The position numbers were made by a program, and so were the translations under genes. Positions 8,991-16,530 of a DNA stretch of 22,303 bases are shown here, in pieces. The DNA comes from Coleofasciculus sp. B1-GNL1-01 (lineage in GTDB: Bacteria > Cyanobacteriota > Cyanobacteriia > Cyanobacteriales > Coleofasciculaceae): assembly GCA_040220235.1 (NCBI GenBank), contig JAVJTO010000131.1; one strand, 5' to 3'. Under the pieces are notes generated by a model. The model made no database searches. It had not been told where the DNA came from and saw only the letters and a list, made by a program, of their open reading frames with translations. Position 1 is the first letter of the stretch, and each line of letters begins with the position of its first letter.

Positions 8991-9223
8991 AATAATAGGT
9001 GTTTTTTATGTGCGTTTTTAGGGAAAGTCGCCTCATCGTAAGCTGAACCCCTTTCTTTTGCGTCAAAAAGCGGTACTCCTCCGACTCAAGCCTGTTGGGG
9101 TTCGATGCATGTATTTTTGTAAAAATCAAAATCTTTTTTTGACAAAAAGTATAAAAAGTGGTATTTTTAGAGGCTGATTTTATGATTTGCCAGGGGGGTT
9201 GGGTTGAACTGTTATCGGTGAGG

Positions 9224-9341
9224 AGGGCGGGTTTTGTTGTTCATTTATCGGTGAATAGGTGAATTTAGTCCCTAAACCCGCCCCTACAGTCCCTAAACCC
9301 GTCTCTACGATTGTGGCTAAACCCGTCTAACCCGTCTCTAC
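9224..9341. repeat. REP-like inverted-repeat element with tandem partial copies
   Basis: AGGGCGGGTTT...AAACCCGCCCCTAC, followed by further AACCCGTCTCTAC copies. Confidence 0.75.
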
Positions 9342-9405
9342 AGGACTTCTTTCCGTTTTCCCTCTAGTCAGCCTGTAAAACTTAGATAGAGAGTAAGCAA
9401 AAACG

Positions 9406-10224
9406 ATGAATCCCGAACACCTAGAACTAACGATTGGCTGGCTATACCCGACCCTAATGAGTACCTACGGCGATCGCGGTAATGTGATCTGCCTCCAACA
9501 ACGCGCTCAATGGCGGGGGATTCGGGTGAATGTCCTACCCCTCGACCAGCAAACCTCGGCTGACCAATTCCACCAGGTCGATGTGTTTATGGGGGGTGGC
9601 GCCCAAGACCGACAACAGGAAATTGTCATGCGAGACTTGCGCGGGGCAAAAGCGGATACCTTACGCCAGAAACTGGAAACCGGAACCCCTGGTGTGTTTA
9701 CCTGCGGTTCCCCGCAACTGTTGGGTCACTATTACGAACCCGCCTTAGGTCAACGGATTGAAGGATTAGGGTTATTGGATTTTGTCAGTAAGCATCCGGG
9801 ACCCAATGCCCGTCGCTGTATTGGCAATGTCGTCTTCGAGTTAACCGCCTCTCCCCTCGCCCAAGACTTAGAACAGATGCTGGGACGTAAGCCGATTGTG
9901 ATTGGTTTTGAAAATCATGGTGGGCGTACCTATTTGGGGAATGTCTCCCCCCTGGGTAAGGTGGTGAAAGGCTACGGGAATAACGGCGAGGATGGGATGG
10001 AAGGGGCATTTTATCGAAACGCGATCGCGACCTACTCCCATGGTCCACTTTTGCCCAAAAATCCCTTTATCGCTGATTGGCTGATCCAAACCGGATTAAA
10101 ACAAAAGTACCAAACCCCTATCACTTTGATGCCCCTAGATGATACGTTAGCAAAGCAAGCACGGGCAGCGATGTTAAAACGCCTCTCGCTGACCAACCTG
10201 GCTCAAGAACCCGTAAACTGTTGA
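9406..10224 (+). CDS. gatD: GatD-like type 1 glutamine amidotransferase (CobQ/GATase_3-like)
   Basis: LYPTLMSTYGDRGN, GGGAQDRQQ, catalytic Cys in FTCGSPQLLG, ENHGG and YSHGPLLPKNP. Partner murT lies upstream. Confidence 0.88.
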   Translation: MNPEHLELTIGWLYPTLMSTYGDRGNVICLQQRAQWRGIRVNVLPLDQQTSADQFHQVDVFMGGGAQDRQQEIVMRDLRGAKADTLRQKLETGTPGVFTCGSPQLLGHYYEPALGQRIEGLGLLDFVSKHPGPNARRCIGNVVFELTASPLAQDLEQMLGRKPIVIGFENHGGRTYLGNVSPLGKVVKGYGNNGEDGMEGAFYRNAIATYSHGPLLPKNPFIADWLIQTGLKQKYQTPITLMPLDDTLAKQARAAMLKRLSLTNLAQEPVNC

Positions 10225-10354
10225 GATAGGCATCATGCCAATCAACGGCTTGAGTTAGGCTAGAGCCAGCTAAGGCTGGGCTGTCAGTCAAGGGAATGCC
10301 ATCGTTATCGTAATTCAATTCGCTTACGCTTAAGAGATAATTGCAAGCAGGGAT

Positions 10355-11137
10355 ATGACCGGAAAAGTAATTGATAGCAGTACTACAGGGATTCTGATTC
10401 TCCTACTCCCGATCGCGTTTGTATTCGTCCTGTTGTTTAAAACGTGGCCCTATCTGCTTGCGCTTTTGGTTGTGATTATTCTGCTGAAAATTTGGCAGCA
10501 GTATCGGTGGCTGCAATGGAGTAAGCAAGTTAATCCTTTTTTCAATCAACTGATCAAAGACAATCAGGGGTGCTTGACTCCGCTTGATTTGTCGATGAAA
10601 GCGAATATCTCTGGAACCGCCGCCCAACGATATTTGGATAGAAAGGCAGAAGAATTTGGGGCGAAGCGTCGAGACTACGAGGATAAAGGTATCGTCTATT
10701 ACTTTCTCACGGCTAATGCCCTGGGAAGTATCTTTGACAGTAGTGAACCGCTACCGGAACAAGAGTCTGAATCCTTGACCAATCAAGCCCCAAAGCTGGT
10801 TCAATGGCTGATGGAAGATGAAGAGGATGAGACGGAGGAGGAGATAGAGGATAAGTCCAGTGCTTGGGAGTCTGAGACTGAGGAAGCGGACATTCAGGAA
10901 AAACTCGAATCCCCGCCGGAGAAGCCATCACCTCAATCTGAGCAATCTGAGGAAAAAGAGGGTCAGGCTTTGATTCAGGCAGAATTAGCCAAACGACTCG
11001 ATGTTCATTCGAGTACGATCGGCAAGCGCAAATCTGACCCGGATTTTGCCCAATGGAGTCAAAGTAAAGATCCAGACGGAGTTGCTTGGGAATATTCACC
11101 GGAGACGAAGGAGTTTTTGCCTGTGGAGGAGTCTTAG
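10355..11137 (+). CDS. Hypothetical membrane protein with acidic linker and possible C-terminal HTH
   Basis: Two N-terminal hydrophobic segments, a Glu-rich region, and HTH-like QAELAKRLDVHSSTIGKRK. Confidence 0.75.
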   Translation: MTGKVIDSSTTGILILLLPIAFVFVLLFKTWPYLLALLVVIILLKIWQQYRWLQWSKQVNPFFNQLIKDNQGCLTPLDLSMKANISGTAAQRYLDRKAEEFGAKRRDYEDKGIVYYFLTANALGSIFDSSEPLPEQESESLTNQAPKLVQWLMEDEEDETEEEIEDKSSAWESETEEADIQEKLESPPEKPSPQSEQSEEKEGQALIQAELAKRLDVHSSTIGKRKSDPDFAQWSQSKDPDGVAWEYSPETKEFLPVEES

Positions 11138-11265
11138 TCATTCGTCATTCGTCATTTGTCCTTTGCTAGGAAATAGTATCCTCCTACTCTTACTGAAGAA
11201 TAGGCGATCGCGAACTGACGGTGTACAATATATCGATTTGGGCTTCATACCATACCATCATTGCC

Positions 11266-11736
11266 ATGAAGATTGTTACACGTCTGATTGTGTCTACCCT
11301 AGCGCTGTTTTCAGTGACAACAGTTCAGATTACCGCAACGGCTCGACCCCTAAACGAATCCGAGCAAGAAGTCGAAGCTCAAATTCGGGCAGTCATTGAA
11401 GCCCAAGACAAGGAGGGTTATCAATTGGTCTTTCCGCGAACGGTAGCCAGACTCTCTAGAGGGGCGCAAGCACCAAAGACGGTATTTTTATCGCCCAGTC
11501 GAGAGTACAGTTTTGTTGCTGTTTGCAATAAGAGTTGTGAGGATGTTGATATCATCGTCGAAGATATGCAAGGGAATGTCGTCGCCTCTGATATGACGGA
11601 TTATGCTGTCGCGGTTGTCCCTTTTGTTCCTCCAGCAGAGGATAGATATGAGATTAATGTCAAAATGAGTAAATGTTCTTCAAGGAACAGAACTTGTGAT
11701 TTTGGTTTAGGTGTCTTTGTTAAGGCAGAGGACTAA
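11266..11736 (+). CDS. Secreted hypothetical protein (small beta-sandwich, PPC-like)
   Basis: ATG at 11266 gives a signal peptide MKIVTRLIVSTLALFSVTTVQITATA. Four Cys (CNKSC, C...C). Confidence 0.7.
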   Translation: MKIVTRLIVSTLALFSVTTVQITATARPLNESEQEVEAQIRAVIEAQDKEGYQLVFPRTVARLSRGAQAPKTVFLSPSREYSFVAVCNKSCEDVDIIVEDMQGNVVASDMTDYAVAVVPFVPPAEDRYEINVKMSKCSSRNRTCDFGLGVFVKAED

Positions 11737-11757
11737 GTAGGTGGAGACAATTAAAGT

Positions 11758-11862
11758 TATAGCGCTTCGCGCTGGTCTAGTTACACTTTGTTTGTACGAA
11801 CATCCCATCTGGACTCAGCTTCAGAGAAGGGAGTTGTAAATACACCAGAGCGACTTGCTATA
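11758..11862. mobile_element. IS630-type MITE, 105 bp
   Basis: Ends TATAGC...GCTATA, with 28-bp imperfect terminal inverted repeats (22/28) and TA at both ends. Confidence 0.65.
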
Positions 11863-11907
11863 ACGGTGGGAAGTTGACATTTGTCATTCGCTCACTTCGC
11901 AATGGGA

Positions 11908-12330
11908 TTACCAAAACCAGTTTTCGATTTCAAGAGTTGTAAAGCTTTGATAATCGCTAATGTTGCGTGTTACAAGAATAAGGTTATTGACCTGGGCAAT
12001 TGCAGCAATCTGTCCGTCAATGTAGGATGGAGGTTGTCCTAAGGCTGCTAATCTGGCTCGCTCTGAAGCAAACCACTCAGCGGCTTTTTTGTCATAAGCC
12101 AGAATCCGTAAGTGAGGTTGAATCGTCTCGAAGAGATAGGTTTCAAGCTGTTGTTTACGACGTGATGGGGGAAGACGATGAAATCCGTAAAGTAGCTCAT
12201 GCCATGTAACAGAAGCGATGGCACTTTCTTCACTGTTTTCTTGTAGTTTGGCGACAACAGAAGGGGATGGTTTTAACTTAAAGGGTTCAGAAATGATGTT
12301 TGTATCGAGGAGGAAGCGCAATATTACCAC
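11908..12330 (-). CDS. vapC: VapC-family PIN-domain toxin
   Basis: FLLDTNIISE, VTWHELLYG, DGQIAAIA and LVTRNISDY, with the acidic PIN residues present. Confidence 0.9.
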   Translation of the reverse strand: MVILRFLLDTNIISEPFKLKPSPSVVAKLQENSEESAIASVTWHELLYGFHRLPPSRRKQQLETYLFETIQPHLRILAYDKKAAEWFASERARLAALGQPPSYIDGQIAAIAQVNNLILVTRNISDYQSFTTLEIENWFW

Positions 12331-12587
12331 CTCGCTTTTTCTGGAGCTGGGGTACGATCTCGAACATCTGCAAAGAAGTCTCTTTCTTCAATATCACTTC
12401 CTTCAGCTTCAACTTGAGCGCGGAATTTGGTCAGTGCTTGGGCAAAGGATGATTTTGTATTTTGTGTAGCCTGGATGGGGGGTTGGAGACGACTGAGGAG
12501 GAAATCAACGAATAACAATACCTCTGGTAGCCTACTTTTAGGAAGAAGCTTTAAGCGTTCTAGGATTTGCTCTTGGGTAGTGTTCAT
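12324..12587 (-). CDS. Putative antitoxin (DUF2281-like N-terminus)
   Basis: 87 aa, overlapping the vapC start. LKLLPKSRLPEVLLFVDFL N-terminus and FADVRDR tail. Confidence 0.7.
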   Translation of the reverse strand: MNTTQEQILERLKLLPKSRLPEVLLFVDFLLSRLQPPIQATQNTKSSFAQALTKFRAQVEAEGSDIEERDFFADVRDRTPAPEKARW

Positions 12588-12619
12588 GGACTAATCAGCT
12601 TGCTGAGTATTTCTGTATT

Positions 12620-12780
12620 TTGACATTCTCCCCACCTTACTTCGTTGAAGGTGGGGATTCCCCTCATCGCTGACGGGAGTTCCTGGCTCTACGAGCAACC
12701 TTACTTTTTGGGGTTTCCCCCTCCAAGCAGTGGGTCATCTCATCCCCAGGCGTAACTTTCCGAGTGCCCCTCGGTAGTTG
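12620..12780 (-). ncRNA. Predicted omegaRNA/reRNA scaffold overlapping the tnpB 3' end
   Basis: Established TnpB architecture. The region has hairpins (CCGAGGGGCACTCGG; GGGGAAACCCC) and ends in the RE hairpin plus TCAA. The 5' limit is approximate. Confidence 0.6.
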
Positions 12781-13908
12781 TGCTATACCTTGCAGCGCCT
12801 TCATCAAAATGTTGATGGCAGCATTAACATCCCGGTCATCTAAATAACCGCAATGCGGACATTTATGAGTGCGAGTGGACAAGGCTTTCTTCACTTCCTC
12901 TCCACAATTGGAACAGTCCTGGGACGTGAAATGAGGTGCAACAGCAATTACTGGCACATCAAATACTTTCCCGAAATACTCCAACCACTGCCTAAACAAG
13001 GTCCAACTAGCGTCAGATATTGACTTGGCTAAATGATGGTTTTTGACCATGTTTCGCACTTTTAGGTCTTCAATGGCTACCAAGTCTGCCGACTGGACAA
13101 GCGCCCTTGCAGTCTTTACCGCAAAGTCTTTACGCCGCCTTGACACCTTGAGATGCGTTCTACCCAACTTCTGGATGGCTTTGATGCGATTTTTGGAACC
13201 CTCTGCTCTACGGGAAACACGTTTTTGTGCCTTTTTTAAGGCTTTCTCCGCCTTCCTCAAAAACCTAGGGTTTTCAATCTTGTTGCCATCAGAGTCAGTG
13301 TAAAAGTGGTTTAAACCGACATCTATCCCTACCATCCTATTAGTGGGTTCATGGTGTTCTTTTCGCTCCTGGTTGATGGAAAACTGAACGTAATACCCAT
13401 CAGCTCGACGCACAACACGTACTCGTTTAATTTGCTCTTTTTGGTAAAAGTGTAAGTCACGAGTCCCCCACATTTTAAAGGTTCCAGCCTTGAAGCCATC
13501 CCTAAATGTGATGGTCAATCGGTCATCCGATAGCACCCACCCATCAACCTTATACTCGACTGAGCCATGGGTTTGATGTTTTTTGAATTTTGGGAAACCT
13601 TTCTTGCCTGGAACCTTTTTCTTGCAGTTATCAAAGAATCTAGCAATGGCGCTCCATGCTCTTTCGGCACTAGCTTGGCAAGCTTGAGCTGAAAGCTTCT
13701 TGCACCATTCAAACTGCTCCCTGAGTACCCGGCAATATTTATTGAGGTCATATTTGTTGACCCTGAGCGAAGTCGAAGGGTTGACCCGATGGCTGTCCAT
13801 CCAGTAACGAAGACAAGAATTACGCACAAAACGAGCGGTACAAATCATCTCATCCAAGATAGCGTACTGCTCGTCTGTTCCTCGTAATTTCGCCTCAAAT
13901 ACTAGCAT
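12664..13908 (-). CDS. tnpB: RNA-guided endonuclease TnpB
   Basis: GFPKFKK, RuvC-I VGIDVG, RuvC-II AIEDL, zinc finger CSNC/CPHC and RuvC-III DRDVNAAINI. All three catalytic acidic residues are present. Confidence 0.93.
   Translation of the reverse strand: MLVFEAKLRGTDEQYAILDEMICTARFVRNSCLRYWMDSHRVNPSTSLRVNKYDLNKYCRVLREQFEWCKKLSAQACQASAERAWSAIARFFDNCKKKVPGKKGFPKFKKHQTHGSVEYKVDGWVLSDDRLTITFRDGFKAGTFKMWGTRDLHFYQKEQIKRVRVVRRADGYYVQFSINQERKEHHEPTNRMVGIDVGLNHFYTDSDGNKIENPRFLRKAEKALKKAQKRVSRRAEGSKNRIKAIQKLGRTHLKVSRRRKDFAVKTARALVQSADLVAIEDLKVRNMVKNHHLAKSISDASWTLFRQWLEYFGKVFDVPVIAVAPHFTSQDCSNCGEEVKKALSTRTHKCPHCGYLDDRDVNAAINILMKALQGIAQLPRGTRKVTPGDEMTHCLEGETPKSKVARRARNSRQR
13756..13787. repeat. 24-bp short dispersed repeat inserted in frame in tnpB
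   Basis: CCCTGAGCGAAGTCGAAGGG core, with direct repeats GTTGACCC at 13756 and 13780. Adds PSTSLRVN. Confidence 0.8.
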
Positions 13909-13958
13909 GGCTGACTTAAATCTATGCCATACATTTTAGTATAGACCTTTGAATAATG

Positions 13959-13991
13959 CAAAAAGCAGGTATTCAATATGCCTGCTTTTTG
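13959..13991. terminator. Intrinsic terminator-like hairpin inside the IS, upstream of tnpB
   Basis: CAAAAAGCAGGTAT-TCAAT-ATGCCTGCTTTTTG, with A/T tracts on both sides. Confidence 0.55.
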
Positions 13992-14104
13992 TCCGGAGGG
14001 AGTGAAGGCATCCCCGCCCTACTTCACTTTGTTCCTTCGTTTCGTTGAGGGCGGGGTTCTATTGCTCCCCCAGCCCCCCACGCTTCGATAGTATGACCAA
14101 TGAC

Positions 14105-14920
14105 CTAGGCTCGCAATTTGTAACACACGGCGTTATCAAATTGTACGGGTTCAAAGGCATTATCTAAGTTGACTGTTGTCTCCCCACCGCCGAGAAATAA
14201 ATAGCCATCGGGTTGTAATACCCGCCGTAACCGAGCTAATATTTCTTGCTTCATCTCGATATCGAAATAGATCAAGACATTTCGCAGGAAAATAATATCC
14301 ACCTGGGATAAGGGTAAAACCGTTTCGGTTAAATTAATTGGGCGAAACTCTACCATCTGGCGAATGTCGGGTTTAATTGTCCATCCTTGACTCTTGGGTT
14401 CAAAGTATTTCTGTCGCAAATTTAACGGTAAGCCACGATTGATTTCATGGGGATGATAATATCCAGAACGGGCGCGATTGAGCATTACTTCTGAGATATC
14501 GCTGGCGATTAATTGCACTCTCCAAGTGGTAAGTTCAGGAAAATGCTCGCGCAGCAACATAGCAATACTATAGGGTTCTTGTCCACTGGAACAAGCCGCG
14601 CACCAAATGGTTAGATGGCGTTCGGTTTGTCGTTGTTGAATGAGTTCGGGTATTATCGCATTTTTTAACGCCTGAAATGGGTTATTGTCTCGAAAGAAAA
14701 AAGTTTCAGTGGTCATCATTGCTTCGACAACGGATTGACAAAGCGGATGAAATGGCTTTTGTTGCAGTTGCGCCACTAAACTCTTGACCGAATTTGCCCC
14801 AACCTGTTTGGCTAAACCAATTAGACGAGACTCTACCAAATACTGTTTATCCTCTGAGAGAACAACACCTGTGCGATCGCGCACCAATTTGCGAATATAA
14901 TTAAAGTCGGAATTTGTCAT
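14105..14920 (-). CDS. cheR: Chemotaxis methyltransferase CheR
   Basis: TTETFFFRD, IWCAACSSGQEPYSIAM, ASDIS, DIIFLRNVLIYFD and GYLFLGGGE. Confidence 0.93.
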   Translation of the reverse strand: MTNSDFNYIRKLVRDRTGVVLSEDKQYLVESRLIGLAKQVGANSVKSLVAQLQQKPFHPLCQSVVEAMMTTETFFFRDNNPFQALKNAIIPELIQQRQTERHLTIWCAACSSGQEPYSIAMLLREHFPELTTWRVQLIASDISEVMLNRARSGYYHPHEINRGLPLNLRQKYFEPKSQGWTIKPDIRQMVEFRPINLTETVLPLSQVDIIFLRNVLIYFDIEMKQEILARLRRVLQPDGYLFLGGGETTVNLDNAFEPVQFDNAVCYKLRA

Positions 14921-14962
14921 TGGTCATTGGTCATTGGTCATTGGTCATTGGTCATTGGTCAT
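14914..14962 (-). repeat. STRR heptamer tract (TGGTCAT)x6 + TTGTCAT containing the cheR start codon
   Basis: Read directly from the sequence; the last unit supplies the ATG at 14920. Confidence 0.9.
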
Positions 14963-14994
14963 TTGTTAGGGAATGGGCAATTCAAAATTGGGTT

Positions 14995-15055
14995 AGGGCG
15001 GGTTTAGTTACATCGGGGTGTGGAAAAAAAGGATAACGGTCAAACCCGCCCCTAC
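14995..15055. repeat. REP-like inverted-repeat element overlapping the parA stop
   Basis: AGGGCGGGTTT...AAACCCGCCCCTAC. The CTA at 15052-15054 is the parA TAG. Confidence 0.8.
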
Positions 15056-15903
15056 AAACTCGGTTCTTTGTCTGGTATTTCGGTAAAGTTGGATACACGG
15101 GTTAAATGAGTCGCGATCGCGGCGTAAGCTTTGCCAATTTTGCTGGCTTTGTTTGTATAGTGAGAAATGGGTAATCCTTCTTGCTGCGATCGATAAACTA
15201 AAACCGAATAAGGAACCACAAACACAGGATCTGAACGTTCCTGGAGACTTGACTCAATTTCATCAGACGGATTTAACGGGCTGGATTTCCGGGATTGACG
15301 GGTTTGGCTTACTGTTTTATTTAAAACAATTGTCCAGTCTTTAATCCTATGCCCTTTATTCTCTACTAAATCACAGCAATAGGCTTTTAAATCTTCCAGA
15401 GATTCCCAAGAAAAAATCCCCGGATCAATCGGTACTACAATGTGATGAGTTGCCCTCAAACTATTAAAAAGAAACAATCCAGCATCCGAAGGAACATCAA
15501 TTAAAATATAGTCATAAAACCGCTGAATCGGCTCTAAAATTCGCTGCAATATCCCCGTTTTATCTTTCGTATCTTGCAACAGCATCGGTGCAACCCCTAG
15601 ATTTAAGACAGAAGGGGCGATATGAATATTCTCAATATCCGTTTCTACAATAACCTTAGTAATTGGAACACCACTATACCCCTGACATTGACTTAAAAAA
15701 GCATCATACATCGAATATTGTAAACATCTACCATCAATCCCCAATCCTGATGTCGCATTCCCTTGAGGATCAAAATCCACCACTAAAACTTGATTTCCCC
15801 GTTTAGCCAAACACCCCGCCACATTCACACAAGTCGTGGTTTTCCCCGTTCCCCCTTTAACATTAGCAAACGCCACAGACTTTCCTTCTTTCTTACCCAT
15901 CAA
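15052..15903 (-). CDS. ParA/Soj-family ATPase within a chemotaxis cluster
   Basis: Deviant Walker A KGGTGKTT, VDFDPQGNATSGLG, and Walker B YDYILIDVP. Confidence 0.88.
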   Translation of the reverse strand: MMGKKEGKSVAFANVKGGTGKTTTCVNVAGCLAKRGNQVLVVDFDPQGNATSGLGIDGRCLQYSMYDAFLSQCQGYSGVPITKVIVETDIENIHIAPSVLNLGVAPMLLQDTKDKTGILQRILEPIQRFYDYILIDVPSDAGLFLFNSLRATHHIVVPIDPGIFSWESLEDLKAYCCDLVENKGHRIKDWTIVLNKTVSQTRQSRKSSPLNPSDEIESSLQERSDPVFVVPYSVLVYRSQQEGLPISHYTNKASKIGKAYAAIATHLTRVSNFTEIPDKEPSL

Positions 15904-15950
15904 TCCACCTCAAAAGCATACACATAATCACAACACCCCAACCTCTAACC

Positions 15951-15991
15951 CCCTCTGCGCCCCTCTGCGCCAACCTCTGCGCCCCTCTGCG
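15951..15991 (+). repeat. CCTCTGCG repeat x4
   Basis: Four CCTCTGCG units spaced 10-12 bp apart between cheW and parA. Confidence 0.8.
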
Positions 15992-16001
15992 TTAAAAAAT
16001 C

Positions 16002-16439
16002 TTAATCCATCACCGTAAAATCAACCACTTTATCCACATCCAGAAACAGCAATAATCGATTTGGCAACTTATAAGAACCCTGAATTAACTCTCGCACTCC
16101 CCCCCTATACGTATCTGGAGGACGTTCAAAATCGTCATTAGTTACATCCAAAACATCGCCAATTTCATCCACCAACAAACTCACTGTTTCATCAGGAGTT
16201 CGGACAATTACATTGATAGGGAACAGATCATAATCCCGTGGCTTCAACTCCAATCGCCGTCGTAAATCAATCGCCGTCACAATTTGTCCCCGTAAATTAA
16301 TTAAACCCGCCACAACCGGAGGCGCAAGGGGAACTCGCGTCATCTCTTGATGACGTAATATTTCTTGAACCTTTTCTACTTCAATACCTAAGAAAAGATT
16401 ATCGAGAAAAAAAGTACAGACTTGAGTCGTATTTTTCAT
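16002..16439 (-). CDS. cheW: Chemotaxis coupling protein CheW
   Basis: VQEIL, TRVPLAP, GLINLRGQIVTAIDL and LLVDEIGDV. Confidence 0.93.
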   Translation of the reverse strand: MKNTTQVCTFFLDNLFLGIEVEKVQEILRHQEMTRVPLAPPVVAGLINLRGQIVTAIDLRRRLELKPRDYDLFPINVIVRTPDETVSLLVDEIGDVLDVTNDDFERPPDTYRGGVRELIQGSYKLPNRLLLFLDVDKVVDFTVMD

Positions 16440-16530
16440 TCGTCATTCTTTAGTCATTTTTTATACTCACTATCATCGAGAAGCAAGCTAATTTATTCGT
16501 TATTTGTGCTTATTAATTAACTCTGTGACT

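Larger units (their letters stand above)
12620..14087 (-). mobile_element. IS200/IS605-family element, tnpB only (no tnpA)
   Basis: Right end on the minus strand: GAAT-CCCCACCTT...AAGGTGGGG...GTCAA. Left end: AGAA-CCCCGCCCT...AGGGCGGGG, with CTAT immediately 5' of 14087. No Y1 transposase ORF inside. Confidence 0.8.

Noticed and set aside
9010..9110. Group II intron 5' end (GTGCG) or c-di-GMP riboswitch (GACGCAAA on the minus strand)
   Set aside because: No domain V/VI or RT gene is seen, and the GGCAAA/GAAA elements of the riboswitch are absent.
9406..10224. Cobyric acid synthase CobQ
   Set aside because: Only the GATase domain is present; GatD motifs and the nearby murT fit better.
12664..13908. 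TnpB as Cas12f or catalytically dead TldR
   Set aside because: There is no CRISPR array, the IS ends are present, and the D-E-D triad is intact.
6295..15055. GGGCGGGTTT/AAACCCGCCC repeats with 34-39-bp spacers as a CRISPR array
   Set aside because: The arms are inverted and dispersed over 9 kb, two spacers are related to each other, and there are no cas genes.
15052..15903. Chromosome or plasmid partition locus
   Set aside because: No parB, rep gene or parS-like site is nearby, and the gene is embedded among che genes.
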